Assembly (NCBI GenBank): GCA_045837725.1
Contig: JBEWZL010000236.1
Location: 310,001 to 374,000 of the forward strand
Reading direction: 5' to 3'
Source: Vermamoeba vermiformis
Lineage: Eukaryota
DNA: 64,000 bases
The stretch's first letter is position 1, and each line of letters opens with the position of its first letter. The position numbers and the translations under genes are program-made. Of the stretch, positions 24,339 through 38,704 are shown piece after piece. The notes under the pieces were generated by a model. It was not told the origin of the DNA. It did no database searches and saw only the letters and a program-made list of their open reading frames with translations.

Positions 24339-27071
24339 TTATTGCTCGAGATTTTTGATTAACGTAACAACTTCAGCCATTGTTGGCCTTAACTCTGGAT
24401 CGATGTTCCAGCAACGATGCATAATGTCTGCTACCTCAGTGGGTATGTCTGGTGATAACTGTGGTGTATATCCGTTGTTTCTAATCTTAATTCCTACTTC
24501 AAGTGGATCTTCGTTCGCATGCGGCTCGCTTCTCGCAAAAACTTCGTACATTAATACACCAAACATCCAAACGTCGCTTTGAGGCGAATAAGACTGATCT
24601 CTTAACGACTCAGGCGCCATCCATCGCACTGGGCCTGTATCAGCTTTGGTCGTGCCTCGTTTTTTGCCTCCATCCAGTTGCCTCGACATTCCAAAGTCAG
24701 AAAGCTTAGGCACACCATTGGCTAGCAATATATTTCGTGCTGCAATGTCTCTATGAACGATACCATTGGCATGCAAGTGGTTCAAGCCAAGTGCAATGCC
24801 CTTGATCAGATCGAGTTTCTGCGCGACTGAAAGATCTGTGTTTGTGTCGAAGAGCTGGACATCAAGACTACCGCCGTTGCAAAACTCCATAATCAGAATC
24901 ATATTGAGGTTATCTGGATGGATACTATAGCCAAGAAGTTGAACGATGTTTGGATGTGGTCTAAAAAGCCAGTACGTTAGGTAATTGTTATCGAACAAAT
25001 CTACGCAGACTATGCTTTCTTATTAAAAGTGCATCGTAGGAATATATTTTAACAATTAATTGTTGAATACTTAGTTTTTTCAACTGCGTTCCGGGATCTT
25101 TTCTAACTTACCGCATGTCAGAGACTAGTTTGATTTCTTCGATGAAGGCATCGCTAACTTGGCTCAAACTGATCTTCAAAGCGACTTGCGACTTCTGCCA
25201 CTCACCAGCGAAGACTTGACCGAAAGATCCGACGCCAAGTAAGTTCTTCACTGTGATTTGTTCGTACGGCGTGAATAGCTTTTGCGGCAATTTCATGATT
25301 TCCTTTTCGAGCAATTCGAAGTTTGGATTGGTCGTTTTCTTCGTCTTGAGCCACTCAGGCAATTCGCTCTTGCTTCTATTCACGGCCTTTTTCTTCTTAT
25401 TCTTGTTGCGGCGCACGAAAAATACGATCAAAAACACTGCTAAACCCACCACGACGACCGGAATAACTACTGCAATGGCTATAATTGCTTCTTGGGATAA
25501 TCCGTCGCTGGATCCAGATCCATTTGGTGTAATTATACTGCCATCAGGCGCTACGCCGGGTGTAATAACAACTGGGTTGCCTAATATAGATAGTGTAAGT
25601 AGTGAATTGAATTCATTACTAAATTAGGAAATCGAGCTTACAATTAGTGGGATTGCCTGACATAGTGCAAATAGCCGCAGGCTTGCAATCCGAACAAAGC
25701 AATGTATTTTTGATTGAACAAGTTGTGAGCGCGTTGGTTGATATTTCAAAACAGTTCTTAACATTGACGTTGTTGATGTCGCTAATTATTCTGGTTAGAT
25801 CCAGAAGGAAAATAATTTTTGCTACGTACATGATCCGAAGCCTTAATAGATTGGTCATATTAGGCATTAATCCCGTTATATATCTGAGGCCTGAAAGATA
25901 CCTGATCGTGTTATTAGTTACTTAAATTTAAACTGCGATCCGCTTTCGAGTCACTCACAATTCTTCGATATTTGGAATACCATCGAACGAAGGGATGGTG
26001 CCGTTTATCTGATTGAGTGTATTTAGAGTCCTAATTGTTATATCAGTTAAATTTGCGAATGTTAGAGGCGATCGATCCGCTTACAAGGACTTCAGGTTCG
26101 GCATGTTCATCGGTGGAATAGTTCCGGTTATATAGGGCGAATTTGCTATGTTCCTATTCAATATGAGATTAATACTTCGGAATCATGCGAGCAAAACTTA
26201 CAAGAAACCGATTGACGACAGCTGGAAGAGAGACGGTGGGATCGTGCCAGTTAAATTTCTGTTGAGGTTAATAGCCAGCGCTTCTAAGCCCTCTGAAAAC
26301 TCTGGTATAGTGCCAACCATTGAATTATTGCCTAAAAACCTGGTAGAAAACCTTATTTAAACTCGATCCTAATTTGCCTAATTTGGAAAATTCTTTAAAA
26401 GACAATTTTCTACGAAGAGTGTCGTGCTAAGTACTTACAGCTGCTTGATACTAGGTAACGCAGTGAATCGACTTAAATTGGTGGATAATTGATTAGATTC
26501 GAGCACGCTAAAAACAACGATCAGATGTGAATTCACATAAACCAGACACGTACACGTATTGGAGCTGCGGAAGATGAAAAAACTCGTCCGGGAGAGCCCC
26601 TGTAAGTCCTATTCCCGACAATGCTCTGTAGATATTAAAAAGGAATCAGATCGAATCCCAATCTCGAAAAAAAAATCAACCTACATGTATTGAATATTCG
26701 TTAAATTGCCTATTGTAGGCGACAGATATCCACCAATACTTGGAATATTATTTTGAGACCTAGATAATACTCTGACACCTTGTTAATTAATTTCTGAAAT
26801 CCAACCGGTTGTTTTTTTAACATCGTTACGAGACTTACAGCTGTATAATCGTGTTATTATCTCCGTTGCATGTTATTCCCTGCCAATTGCAAGCATTTGA
26901 AGCGTTGGTTGCGTCCCAATTTAATGGCACTGAATTAAATGTTTGCACGAGATCGAGCAGTGCTTCTTGTTCTGCGGCAGGGAGTTGTCCTTTAACAGGC
27001 AAAAATATATTTAAAAATACAATACTAAATGTTAATCCGATCCAGAAACGACAAGGATTAGGAATTGACAT
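24339..27071 (-). CDS. LRR receptor-like tyrosine-kinase-like protein
   Basis: ATG at 27071 with signal peptide. LRR N-cap AEQEALLDL...W...CNWQGITC, plant-type LRRs (LTGTIPP), TM helix, kinase motifs GVGSFG, HRDIAARN, SDFG, GPVRWMAPE. Confidence 0.9.
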
Positions 27072-27745
27072 TTGCAAAGTATACGCAATTATAAATACTT
27101 TGCCTTGCCTGGATCTGCACGTAATTAATGAAAAAACAATCGAGTCTATCAACGCAGGTATCTGCCTCTTTTCTGACAATAATTTTTTGCTGTCAAGTGT
27201 GATCCGATCCACAAAAATTCTAAACTTCTTCGCAGAACTGTCTGAGTTCATTATCAGTCCATTTGAATAGCCATAATATTATAGATATTTTATCACGTGA
27301 AAGGTAAATTCATTTCGGTAAATCATTCGTAATGTGGTTGTGGGTACGTTTCGTATTCCGAGCTTCGCGATTATCGATTGTATTACCCACGATTACATTT
27401 GATAATTTCAATGTGCAGCAATTGAGTCGGATATCATCCGTCCTTGTTTTCACATAAACAATTTTATTTGAATTTTTGCTTGTGCAACTCGATTCGATTG
27501 GTTATTTAAACACAAAAATGCATTTTCTAATTGCGTTGCAGGAAAGTAGTTTCAACGACGTGATCTACCATCTCCGTAATGATTAAAAATGGTATTTTTG
27601 GGTTCGTAACAACTAAATTCCGTAACAATAGCTTCCGGAGGTACAATATTCCTTTTATTACGAAGGTTGAGACTACATAAAAGCTGAAAATGTAGATTTT
27701 GTCATTTAATAGCGGTTGTTGATAGTACTAAGTGAAAGTCGAAGA

Positions 27746-28691
27746 ATGGATTCGGATCAAAAGCAAAGGATTCTGGCTGTCGCCGCAGAAGCTATGCAGG
27801 AATGGGACCAAAAATTAGCGGCAACAGATTGGAAGGTAGAAAAGGATAGTGTAAGTCAATTTGTACGGATTTGAATTGTTTTTTGAACTAATTTTCTTTA
27901 TCAGCACGGCATAATAATAGCCAAATCCAAAATTTTTACGGATAAAAAGCGACCGTTGTGTTGGAAAACCGAATTTACTGTTGAAGAGGAGATCGAGCGA
28001 GTTACGAGGTTTTTCAAAGGTTAGTGCAGATTCAGATCGAACCAACTTTATCTCTTTGATATCAAATTAGCGTCTATCCTTGACAAATACTTTTGCATAA
28101 GGATTTTCTAAAGTTGACGCTTTTCAGACCCCGCGATCCGCAAGAAATGGGACAAAGCGACGGATGAGTTTGTTATCTTAGAGACCATCTCTGATGAAGT
28201 ATTCCTCACGCATGCAAAGACAAGTAGCGTTGGCGTAATTAGTGCACGAGATTTTATTGAAGCCAGGTAAGTTCAGTTTCAGCAACATCCGCTTTAAAAA
28301 TAGATGCTGACCAAAAAATACTTCCGTAGAAACTTCGTGCTTAAAAAACAAGGCGATCATATTACCCAATTTATAATGGTCGGTACTAGCATTCAACTAG
28401 ACAAATACCCGCCAAAGAAGGTAAATTATTTTCGGATGCGTTATGTACTCTTATTAATTTCCGTTTGCGCCTTAGAAAGTCGTTCGAGGAATGGCCTATT
28501 CTAGTGGTGTGCAATTAGACCGCGCTCAAGTCGATGGAAAGTCGGTTACTAAGGTCACATTCTTAAATCAAGTCGACATCAACGGTTGGATCCCTGAAGC
28601 TGCTGTCAACGCTGCTATGACGAGCCAAATGTGTCAAATGGCTCAAACTGTACAGAAGAAAGCTAAGGATGACGATATATTCTCAGAATAA
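27746..28691 (+). CDS. START-domain lipid-binding protein
   Basis: ATG at 27746. DWKVEK, RKKWDK, VISARDF, KVTFLNQVDINGWIP across spliced exons. Confidence 0.8.
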
Positions 28692-28877
28692 TATCGACAA
28701 TGCGTTGAAAAATTTTGACCAGATCTTGTCACAACTTTTCTCCTTTATAATGTGTATTTTATGAATCTCTACCTTAGTATTGTATTTCTTAGTCGAATAA
28801 ATAATGCTTCTTCCGCCGGTTTTGCCTAAAAAGGAATTGACAGGGGCGTAAATTATATTATTTTGTCAGCCGTTTGG

Positions 28878-30241
28878 ATGGAGCACACAAGTGGCGATAT
28901 TCAACTGATATTCTTCAAACATAATTCAATTCACCAAAAAAATGAAACGAAGGTCAAGCCGAACTTAAAAGAAGTCGTTAAACGAAGTTTTGAGGATGTA
29001 GATCGGTTGGATTTGACGCAATTCAGCACAGAAAGGCCGTTGAATATTATTTTACAAACTCTAAGCCTTGAATTTTTCGATTCGTTGGCGTTATTTTATT
29101 TCTTTGGCTTCTTGAAGGATTACGCGACATCTGACTTTTATTATTCCAATTTGCACTTTTACACGTAAGTTTGACGACGAAAAATTTTGCATAATATTTG
29201 GAGTTAATTATCGATCATTTTGTAGGATTAAAGTTGGCAAGTTAACTGGATCGGACCTGAAAAAAATTATAGAAAATTTACGCCTGGATTTTAAGTCCAA
29301 AACAGCATTAAAAACGATTCCTATTTCTAAGAAGTAAGTATTAGAATTAATATTAACGAAATTTCGATTATTCATAACGAGATCAAGATCTGATTATAAT
29401 TTATTTTTATTTGCAGTGACTTGCTATCATTAAAAAAGCTTAAAGAAGACGATAATATGGATATAGACGATAATTCTAGCATAAATAAGAACATTTCGCT
29501 GATAGATCCAGCAACACTTGAAAACACAAAATATCTTTTGCTCGAATTGCGCGCAGATCCACTTAAAGAAAAATTAGAGGCAGTCACTTATTGGTAAATA
29601 CATTATACTATCTATTATTACCGTTTATATTAACTATTGCGAAGGTCTCGGCTTATTAACGAAGAACTTTATTGGCGATGTCGTTACGAATATGAAAATG
29701 CCGTTTGCAACACATTAGGCGGTGCCTATGCCACGTTAAAACGCGTAAGCACTCATATATATTTTATAATTCCTATCGAACAAAATACGTCACTTTCAAT
29801 CGCAGATCTGGAGGCTCGTTTTTTGCTCCACGGATTCGTTCTTTTATTCGATGCAAATCGATCATTTACTTATTATACTTATTTTGTTAATAATATTTAT
29901 TGCTTTATGTAGTTATGGAAGTCTAAAGACTTTGCAGCACGACAATTATTTTTAGCGAAGAAAGTTGGCGATGAAAGATTGGCCGTTAAATCGCGCATAT
30001 TCATTTGCTTGTATTATATCAGCGCAGAAGAGTTTAAGATAGCACATGATGAGCTAAATGCTATTGAAAAAGACGCGAAAGCCATGGGCGATGAACAGGT
30101 AAATTTTGACCCGAGATCCATTTTCCAAATTAGGAACTTTTGTTGACGATTTTTTTGCTTTAGCTTGTTGGATTAGTTGATTATGCACGAGTTAAATTAG
30201 AAGAACGAAAGCAAGAAGTCGCTAAAAATCTAGGAAATTAA
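28878..30241 (+). CDS. Uncharacterised helical protein, DUF4807-like
   Basis: Spliced ORF with CNTLGGAYATL (STLGG-like motif) followed by QLFLAKKVGDERL. Stop at 30239-30241. Confidence 0.55.
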
Positions 30242-30290
30242 TTGCTGCCGATCATATTGTACATAAAATTTACTTATTTTAGTAATTATT

Positions 30291-31487
30291 CTACAACTTC
30301 ATTCTAGCTCTTATATCATTCCACATATTCTCGCAAGCATTGCAAACAGGATTATTATATTTGAACGAACATTTGGATCTGTCCCATTCGTATCCGTTTT
30401 CCAAAGTGTATTGCAAAATGTCTGCAAAATGAGGTGCGCAATGTACAATACCATAGCCAATGCCTTCTTCCCATTTCCAACCATGTTCGCGCATTAATTT
30501 GAGCATATCCATTCGTCCTTTAGTCGCGGCATTTGTAAGGGCATATTGTGGTTGCTGACAACCATTTTCGATCAATAATTTCAAGCAATCGTAGCTGCCA
30601 TATGATATTGCACCACTCGCTGCGGTATCTGACATTTTTACTCCCAACTTGAGGAAGTATTTAATTTTTTCTAAGCTGCCTTGTTCGGATGCGTAATTGT
30701 AAACTACTGGTGTCCATTCAGCTCCATTATTTGTAGCAAATTCTATTAATTCCATTGATCCGCATGTTACTAAGTTCGATAGAGCATTAGTAGTCCAAGT
30801 TTTGCCAGCTTGTTCAAAAACAAATTTCAGCATCTCGATCGACCGAGACAAAGCGGCATTTCTAAAAGCGCTAGGAGTCATTGATGCGCCATTATTCAAA
30901 GCGAATTGCAAGCACTTCATTGATCCACGTAAAATAGCATTTTCTACCACGGCCATCTTATTCCATCCAATATTTTTCTGGATTAAGTACTCCAAACATT
31001 CCACACTATCATTCTCGCATGCTGCAATAGCTGCTTGTGGTTTAGCGACTACTTTATGGCTCATTGCGTATTTTAAGCAATTTAAATGACCTCCTGCAGC
31101 CGCGTTATCGCAGACAGTGTGGCGCATCGGACATTTAATTGCAAAACAGTATTCCAAGATATTTAAATGTCCGTGTCTAGCTGCATGATTTGCCACGTCA
31201 AAAGATACTTCGAATCCTTTGCATTCTTTGAAATATTTGAGCAGATCGAGGGATCCTATATCGGCAAGTTCATTCATGACGTAAAATCGAACTTCCCATA
31301 ATTTGCCTTTATCTTCATTAATAAACATCTTCTTAACAAGTTTGTGGAATTGTTTTGAGACTAGGCCAATGTTATATAAAGTTATTCTGCTCATTGCTGT
31401 GTAAGCCGGATGTGATGCTTTTCTATCAATCGCAAAATTTCCAATAATACAATTCCACATATCCGTTGGTAATTCTGTACCTTCCAT
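30291..31487 (-). CDS. Intronless ankyrin-repeat protein with N-terminal F-box-like motif
   Basis: ELPTDMWNCII...LVSKQFHKL, then AARHGHLNILEY, AAAGGHLNCLKYA, AATKGRMDMLKLMREHGWKW. Confidence 0.85.
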   Translation of the reverse strand: MEGTELPTDMWNCIIGNFAIDRKASHPAYTAMSRITLYNIGLVSKQFHKLVKKMFINEDKGKLWEVRFYVMNELADIGSLDLLKYFKECKGFEVSFDVANHAARHGHLNILEYCFAIKCPMRHTVCDNAAAGGHLNCLKYAMSHKVVAKPQAAIAACENDSVECLEYLIQKNIGWNKMAVVENAILRGSMKCLQFALNNGASMTPSAFRNAALSRSIEMLKFVFEQAGKTWTTNALSNLVTCGSMELIEFATNNGAEWTPVVYNYASEQGSLEKIKYFLKLGVKMSDTAASGAISYGSYDCLKLLIENGCQQPQYALTNAATKGRMDMLKLMREHGWKWEEGIGYGIVHCAPHFADILQYTLENGYEWDRSKCSFKYNNPVCNACENMWNDIRARMKL

Positions 31488-32107
31488 GTTTAATTCAACC
31501 TATAATATTAGTATTAATTAAATATTTAATTAAAATTATTCCCTTTTGGATGCGAAGTTAATTTAACCAATTCAGTTACTTACATTTTGCTCGCTATGAA
31601 TAATTTTCGTTTTGTACTTGTTGTACTAAACCTCTGAGCTTTGCACGGAGAGCCATAACGACTGTGTTAACTCCGAATCGTGAAATTGTAATGAAAAACC
31701 TTTTTGCTTGGGAATATCAGTACTGAATTATACCCAATTTTAATCAGACGATTGAAATAGTCCGCGTCCCAGTCAAAGAAGGTCACCTAATGACTTGACT
31801 TCGATTTTACGTAAAATCTTCTTAAAAAAAATCAAGTCTTGTTTCAACAGTTATTTTATGCTGTTCAGCTCCACAATGAAACAAACGGTAAGAATAATTA
31901 GCAATTATACGATGTATCATAAATACTTATTATTCATTAACGCCATAAATATGACGTCTACGCTGTTTTCAATTGAGATCGAATTTCAAATCAGAAGACT
32001 TACGGTTTTGCCACTTAAGAAATTTGCTAGTGAATTTTTTACGCGAAATATGCTTAGAATTAGGAATACACGAATTTTGGGATTTTAATAACGATTTTAA
32101 TTTTTAG

Positions 32108-33521
32108 GTGACAGATGCGTGGCAGTTAGGAAACGTTCTGAACAAAAAACAACCGTTTAAGTTCGCTAAATATGGCTGCTCAGTTCATGAACTAGAATTT
32201 CCTCGAATGATCCAATCAAAAGCACTTCTATCAGCGCTCAAAAAATCTCCGTGCCCGATCAAGCGAATAGTTTTCATCAACGAAGCAGCCGCAGCTAGAC
32301 AAGAAAAAAATGAAGAAATTAATCGAAGTTATGCTTATTAATAAGTCAATAAGATCTATTCGGTTGATGGAAATGGGTAAGGCAGATCCGACCAAAACTA
32401 AATTGGATGCGTTCTTCTCGCACATGCTAGCACTTATTAAGGCAATGAAGAATATTAAAACGATCGAATTATCATATTTCAACGAAGATCCAGCTATTAC
32501 ACGATTTTTTGAATCGTTAAAGGAGATCAACCACATCCGCCTCAAAATCCAACTTTGCAACTTCTCGCTTCAAACGCTGTTGGCATACTTAACAAGCGCA
32601 AAATATCAGCCGATATTAAAATTGACTAATATGGAACAAGATTTTATTACTGAAGTGTTGCAAAATCAAGCTAAAAATGGAATATTGAAGGATCTCGTCT
32701 TGACGGACATGGAATTGACAGTAGAACAATGGAAAATATTATTAAGCCTATCAAATGTGAATAGCATCAGTTTATTAAGATGCGCGATGAGTCTCTCAAC
32801 TTGGAAGCAGATCTCGGTTTTGGTCTTGGAAAACAAATTCATCAAAACCTTAGATTTCGTTGATCGGACATTGACATTAGACCATTTTTCAGATTTGCTG
32901 TCAAAGAGTAAATATTTGCAAAGATTCGGCAAAAAAACGAAAGAAGACTCAGAGTCAATCGAAGACAAAGCAACTTTAACTGGCTTAGCACAAGCCTTGA
33001 AAAATAATTCAACATTGACTTATTTGGATATTAGAGGATCAAAGTGCCATTTTAAACCAGTAGCTGAGATATTGACACAAAATGCAACCTTAAGAACTTT
33101 ATGCGTGGATCTGGATGTGGCATGTTGTGACAGCAAAGCAAAAGGATTCTGGAAGTTTATCGATGCCTTAAAAAATAACACCACATTAACGGCATTAAAA
33201 TTCGATCACATTTATTATCGCAAATATAGAACTATGGGAGACGCCGAGAAAGATCCGTTCAAAGTGGATCCGCTTCAAGCATTTGCGGAAGTACTGAAAG
33301 TCAACAGAACGCTTATATACATCTCGAGATTAGAGGCAAATGAAGATTTGATTCGTAATCGCAAAGAACATGATCGTGTCAAGTGGAATTGTATTTGGTT
33401 CGTTCACATGATCAAACGAAATGCAGATCTGTTCCGGCAACTGCCAATTGAAGTGTGGCTCAATATCATTGGTCAGTTTGGCGTGCCTGGATTGGAAAAG
33501 ATTTTGTTACGGGCAGAATAA
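32108..33521 (+). CDS. RI-like LRR protein; probable upstream exon and an A-run frameshift near 32305
   Basis: ALKNNSTLTYLDI, ALKNNTTLTALKF, and C-terminal LPIEVW similar to the gene at 17464-19038. ORFs 32108-32341 and 32310-33521 overlap at an A7 run. Confidence 0.75.
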
Positions 33522-33669
33522 ATCCGTTATTGGCTTCTAATCAAAAATCAATCAGTTTTTTTGTGCAGAGCTATTTACCAATACGTTATTTTATACTAAT
33601 AATTACATATGTACAATTATATTACAATAATTTTCATATTATATACATTTAGTACTTATTATTGTGCCA

Positions 33670-36600
33670 TTATTCATCGCTGTCGCTGCTACTCGAGTGA
33701 GATTCTTCGATCGAGATTGACTGTTGTTTTTCAATTTTTTTCGGAGTCGGCGGAACAACTACCACTTCGGGAATTTCATGAACCGTCTTCATCGAGCTAG
33801 CCGGTGTCGGAACATTAGTGCTTTTTTCCGTGGTTGAGTAATTTGACTTTGCAGAACTTCTTCTCGATTTCTTCTTGTCGCTATTTCTGCGCTGTTCTTT
33901 GTTAATTTTTTTCTCCTTTTTCTTCGCTTTGTCTTTCTTATTCCCCGCTGTGACAGCCTCTAAAATCAATGACAATTTTTCTTCCAAATTCGAGATCCGC
34001 TCTGCTTGTGAACTCAATTCGTTCTTAATGCCATTGACAATCATATTCACTTCTTCAACGTTGAATTCACTGTCGGTTTCTTGCGTCCTCGGTGAGTACA
34101 AATCAGATCTGTGGAACTTTCTCTTGGATTTGCTTTGACTATTGGCCTCCTGTACTGGATCATACGTGACACCTTCAAAAAAACAATTAAACATTGCTAT
34201 AATAGTCATACCGAATACATACCAGGCATTTCTGCGAGATATTCGTTTAGATCTGATTTGCGACACACGACGAAAAATCTGTCTTGTTCTTGCAGCACGG
34301 TGTTGTGTGACGGACACGTGTGCACATAGCCTTCTGTGGCACCTGAAATTATTGCAAAGATTAATCATAAGGCAAGTTCGAGTTCGTTCAGTGAACGAAA
34401 TTTTCATGAAGGGAATATTTGAGGAAATTTCACCTACCGTGAGTTCCAGCGCATCGATACAGTCCTAGTGGCAGCAAAACTTTCTTCCGCACTGCCCAGC
34501 GGAAAAAATCTTTGAAAGTTCTTTGTCTCTTCTTCAATTTCGCCTGCAAACAAACATTCAGCAAAAATATTTCCTTATTTGGTATAACCTGAACTTACAA
34601 TGAACTCTTGTGGCATCGGAATTTGAATGACACATGAAGGCGTTGATTTTTCATAGCTGAGCATCAACTTCAAGGCAATGATAATGTCCGTATTAAAGAA
34701 CAACTTGGCCGTCAAACTTTCAAAAGTAGATCCGAGCACCACACGACCAGATCCGAACGGGGCTGATAACAACGAGTACTTTCCTTGCGTAAATTTCGTC
34801 TCCAATTCCGACAGTAGTTTGCTGCCCTGGCCTTTTTCGTGGAAAAATCGAACACTTTCTTCGTTGCCCAGCTCAACAATGACACGTGCCTTTTGCAACA
34901 ACAGCTCGCGAATTGCATTCTGTTCGGTGACAGTAAAGTACGACAGAATGGCATCGCTGTCACTCGTGAATCGATCGACTACATTGCTGTCCTCCGTCGC
35001 ACTCGTCTTGTCTTCACCGCTCTTCAGAATCAAAATCTGCAAATTGCCTCGTTAAAATCTATTGCCATATATAGATAAAATAATCGTGTGTACCTTGTCT
35101 GCCTTGCTAATTCCAGCGTGTTTGAGATCAAGCTGAATCATCGGTGAACCCTAAAAAGGAAATTAAATTTAGACTTTGTTAATTGCGTTCATGAATCAAA
35201 TTTACCTCGATGACGTAGACTTCAGGGAAAATTCCAATTTGGACCCAATGTGCCAAGTAATCAGCGGGCAATTCGGGGATTAAAATAACGATTTGTTGGA
35301 TCTTCGGCAATCGCTTGAATCTCAACGGACCAATCAGATAAAACAAGCCTTCTAATGTTGACGCACAAATAATTAAATGGCGCTCAATACTCTCTTCGAA
35401 TTCAACGCTGAATCTGTACGCCGAATTGAAATTTCGCTAAAAAAACAGAACCAGTTAGCCAGTAAGAATAAAATTTCAACATTTTTCGCGGCTTACGGGA
35501 GCAGGCGACAAATGAAACGCGTTTTGAAAAGATTCAGCTTTGTTGAGTGCCTGTGCTTGCGCAGCTGTTTCAGCTTTGAGTTCACTCTGGGACAGTCTTC
35601 TACGCAATGGGCCATTGCTGTCCACCAACGGCTCTTTGAGAAGCGAATTCCTCTCCTTAACGCCCTCTAAATTACCCGAGGCTGTCAACGTCGCTGAGGC
35701 CGTAATCCTGAACATCAAAATGACATCAATACCAAATATGGAAATCTGTGAACATCAGGGTGACTTACACTTTAATGTCCGAGGCGGTGGGAGCAGTCAA
35801 AGAATCCATTTCCACGGCTTTCATTGTCGTAGGAGCTACGCTCAACAACGCCGTAGCTTTTCTTCGCACCAAAGTTCTGGGCGTAGATTTGTCCAATTGT
35901 TCGCCCGTTCTATCCAAGACAATCGACAACGCTCTCTTCCAATCAGCTGAGGTTGATTTTTTCACGGAATCAGGGTACGCGTCTTCGTAATCGTGCGTGA
36001 GTCGCTTCACTTCGCCAATGTCTATTTCGGGGAATGTTTGACACTCGGCAATGTTGTCTGCTGCATTGTACGAGTCGAGAATAATGAACACGGAGTCTGT
36101 GCTCACTAATGTCGTGGAATACGGGAACAGCTCCATAATGTCATTTTCACGACGAATAGCAAACATGATCGCATTGTACTCGTAGTATATTGCCTTAAAT
36201 GGTGTCAAAATCAAGAGTGCCTATATTAATAACGAATTATCACTTACTTCAGCTGCCTCATCAAATCTCTTGCCAACAAAACATTCGGGCAATCGCATTC
36301 TAAATATTCCGTGCTCTTTGCTCTTGGCTACAATGACCGAAGTTAAACCGTATTATTCCGCACGAGAATGCATAATACGTACTGTAATCCTCTTGCCATC
36401 TGCCCTGGTAGTTCTTTTGTTGCAGCTTTGCAAGTGAGATCAAATCGTTCAAAAATGTGCTCATGCCAGGGAACAAAACATTGGCACCGATCAAACTCTG
36501 TAGATACATTTCGTTAAATAACCTTATTCTCGGGATTATAGAATCGTTAACTTACAAAATTGAGCTCTTTCATGCACACAATGTTCGTGATACCCTCACG

Positions 36601-38704
36601 GCGTAATTGGACCTAAGTCAAAAAATTAGTTTTGGGTAAGCGATCTCGTGGGCAATTTTCCCGCACGTACTTTACTCTCAGGGTTGATAATTTGCACGAA
36701 TATCTCGAGTGACGAGCTGAACCTCTTGGCAGCAATGGCTTGCAAAATAACTGACTTGTCTTCTTCCGCACTGTTCGCGTACTTGTTGCAGAACACGAAC
36801 ACTGCATGAGCCTTATGCGCCGCTGCTCGAATCAAATCTTCTTCGACCTAACACGATCAGTAAAATTAGTATATTTAATACATTTTGAATAACAGTTTGT
36901 AATTTCTCAGCCAGATCCAGTCCCGGCAAAAAAGAAAAGATGTGAAATTTGGTGTTCTTACGAGAGGATTTCCACGCAAATAAGTGACGCGCTTGCCCTC
37001 AGGTACAGCGTTACGAATCAACGATTTCATGGCCGGTGAAGGCTTGTCAGGGCCTAGAATGACCAAGTCGATCGCTGCTTTGACCCACGTCTCTGAGAAC
37101 AATTCGTTCAAGAACTGTCGTAACTTTGACTCCGTTACGAATCCCGTTACTATCAAATGAATTGCATCGTTTGGCTTGTAAGATCCGTCGTAGACTGGAA
37201 ATTAATTCGATTGTTAACACACTGGCTATTACCGAATTAGGAAAAATAATTAATACCTGATATTTGCGAGAGAAGTCCCAGTAGTGATGAAGTTTGAATA
37301 GGGATCAAAATGAAAGTCCTAACATGAAAGAATGAGATCAGATCTGTGTACATAAAGTGCCCTATATTGACTTACACAATGATCAATAGCATGAGCAATA
37401 CTCGCCCTAATTCAGTCACTGGTGAAACGTCTCCATATCCCACGGTGGCTACAGTCTAATCAATAGCGGTCAAAGAAAATTGCCTGTCTGCAACGAAGGT
37501 AATTTTTAATTCTAAATATGGAAATGCGTGTTAAAAAGGATACGACCACGACCATGTATAATGCATTTTGCCATTGCTGTATAGTGTCATTGTACTCGAC
37601 TGTTATAAAAAACGTAGGTAAGCATTGGAACACCCGGGGAATAGTTTTTACGGTACTTACGCTCCACTTCGTATAGAAGGCCAGTTGCTACAAACACTAT
37701 ACATAATACTGAAAAGCCTATCGTAAGAATCTTCTGTTTGATTTCTAAGTACAAGTTGTTAGAAGATGCGGATTTGGTAAACTTGCATCTATTATACCTG
37801 AGATGGGAAACTTCAACGCTCGGTATAACCTGAATATTCGGAATGTAGCAAGACCTGTGCAGGCAGCAAAATTAAATCGGATTTAAAATTTAGGTGTTGC
37901 GTACCAGCAAGAAATCGAAATCCCAAGTTGCTATCTAAAACTTTCGCATCCGGTGGTACAAAAGTTGGAATAATAGTGATATAATCAATCCATGATGACC
38001 ATGCTATGAGGTAGCGCCCTCTAAAGTCATCAATAAGCAAAATTAGAAAAAGTAAACAAATCCGAATTTAGATGTGGCAATGATTAGTCTGTAGTCTGAT
38101 AGTCATAAAGTATATCATGATTACGTACCGTTTTTCCGCTAAGAATAGATCAAAAAAGAAGTATAACGTCAAAATTGAAGCAAAGGAAATGTCGATATAA
38201 AACAGGATGAAACGGATACTCAAGTCGTCTTCGAAATACGTTCCAATCACCCAACTGACAATAAATAAGAAACTAATAATAACTTGCACGATGGCCTATG
38301 AACAAAAATTAGTTAAGAGGTTGCCAACGCTAAATTCAGATTCGAATTTTAATTAAAATTTTAAAAATCGTATTTTATCATCTTACCAAGTATAGATTAG
38401 TTTTCGACACTAATAGTCCAAGCCTAACTCGCTTTCGAAGTGATTGGTTTTTCCTCGTCGGATTTATTTTTTCCGGTAGTACATCCTGCGCGCTTGAGCT
38501 TCTTGGGGAATGAATACCGGCCATTCTGGCAACGGATCTCTTAATACCCTCACCAGCATTACGTCCCCATAAATAATCATCTTCTAAGGAATGAACTTCT
38601 AACGAATTATTATTGCCTCCTCTGGATGAAGCCTCTTGCTGTCGCGCTTCTTCTCTTCGTTCTGCCGCAGCGAGATGTGTCCCGAGCGATAGACGCGCTG
38701 ACAT
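33670..38704 (-). CDS. Calcium-activated BK/Slo-family potassium channel alpha subunit
   Basis: TM exons, selectivity filter TVGYGD near 37430-37450, RCK segments (YLRGNP, AVFVFCNKY, PGMSTFLNDL, APFGSGRV), charged C-terminal tail. Confidence 0.9.
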
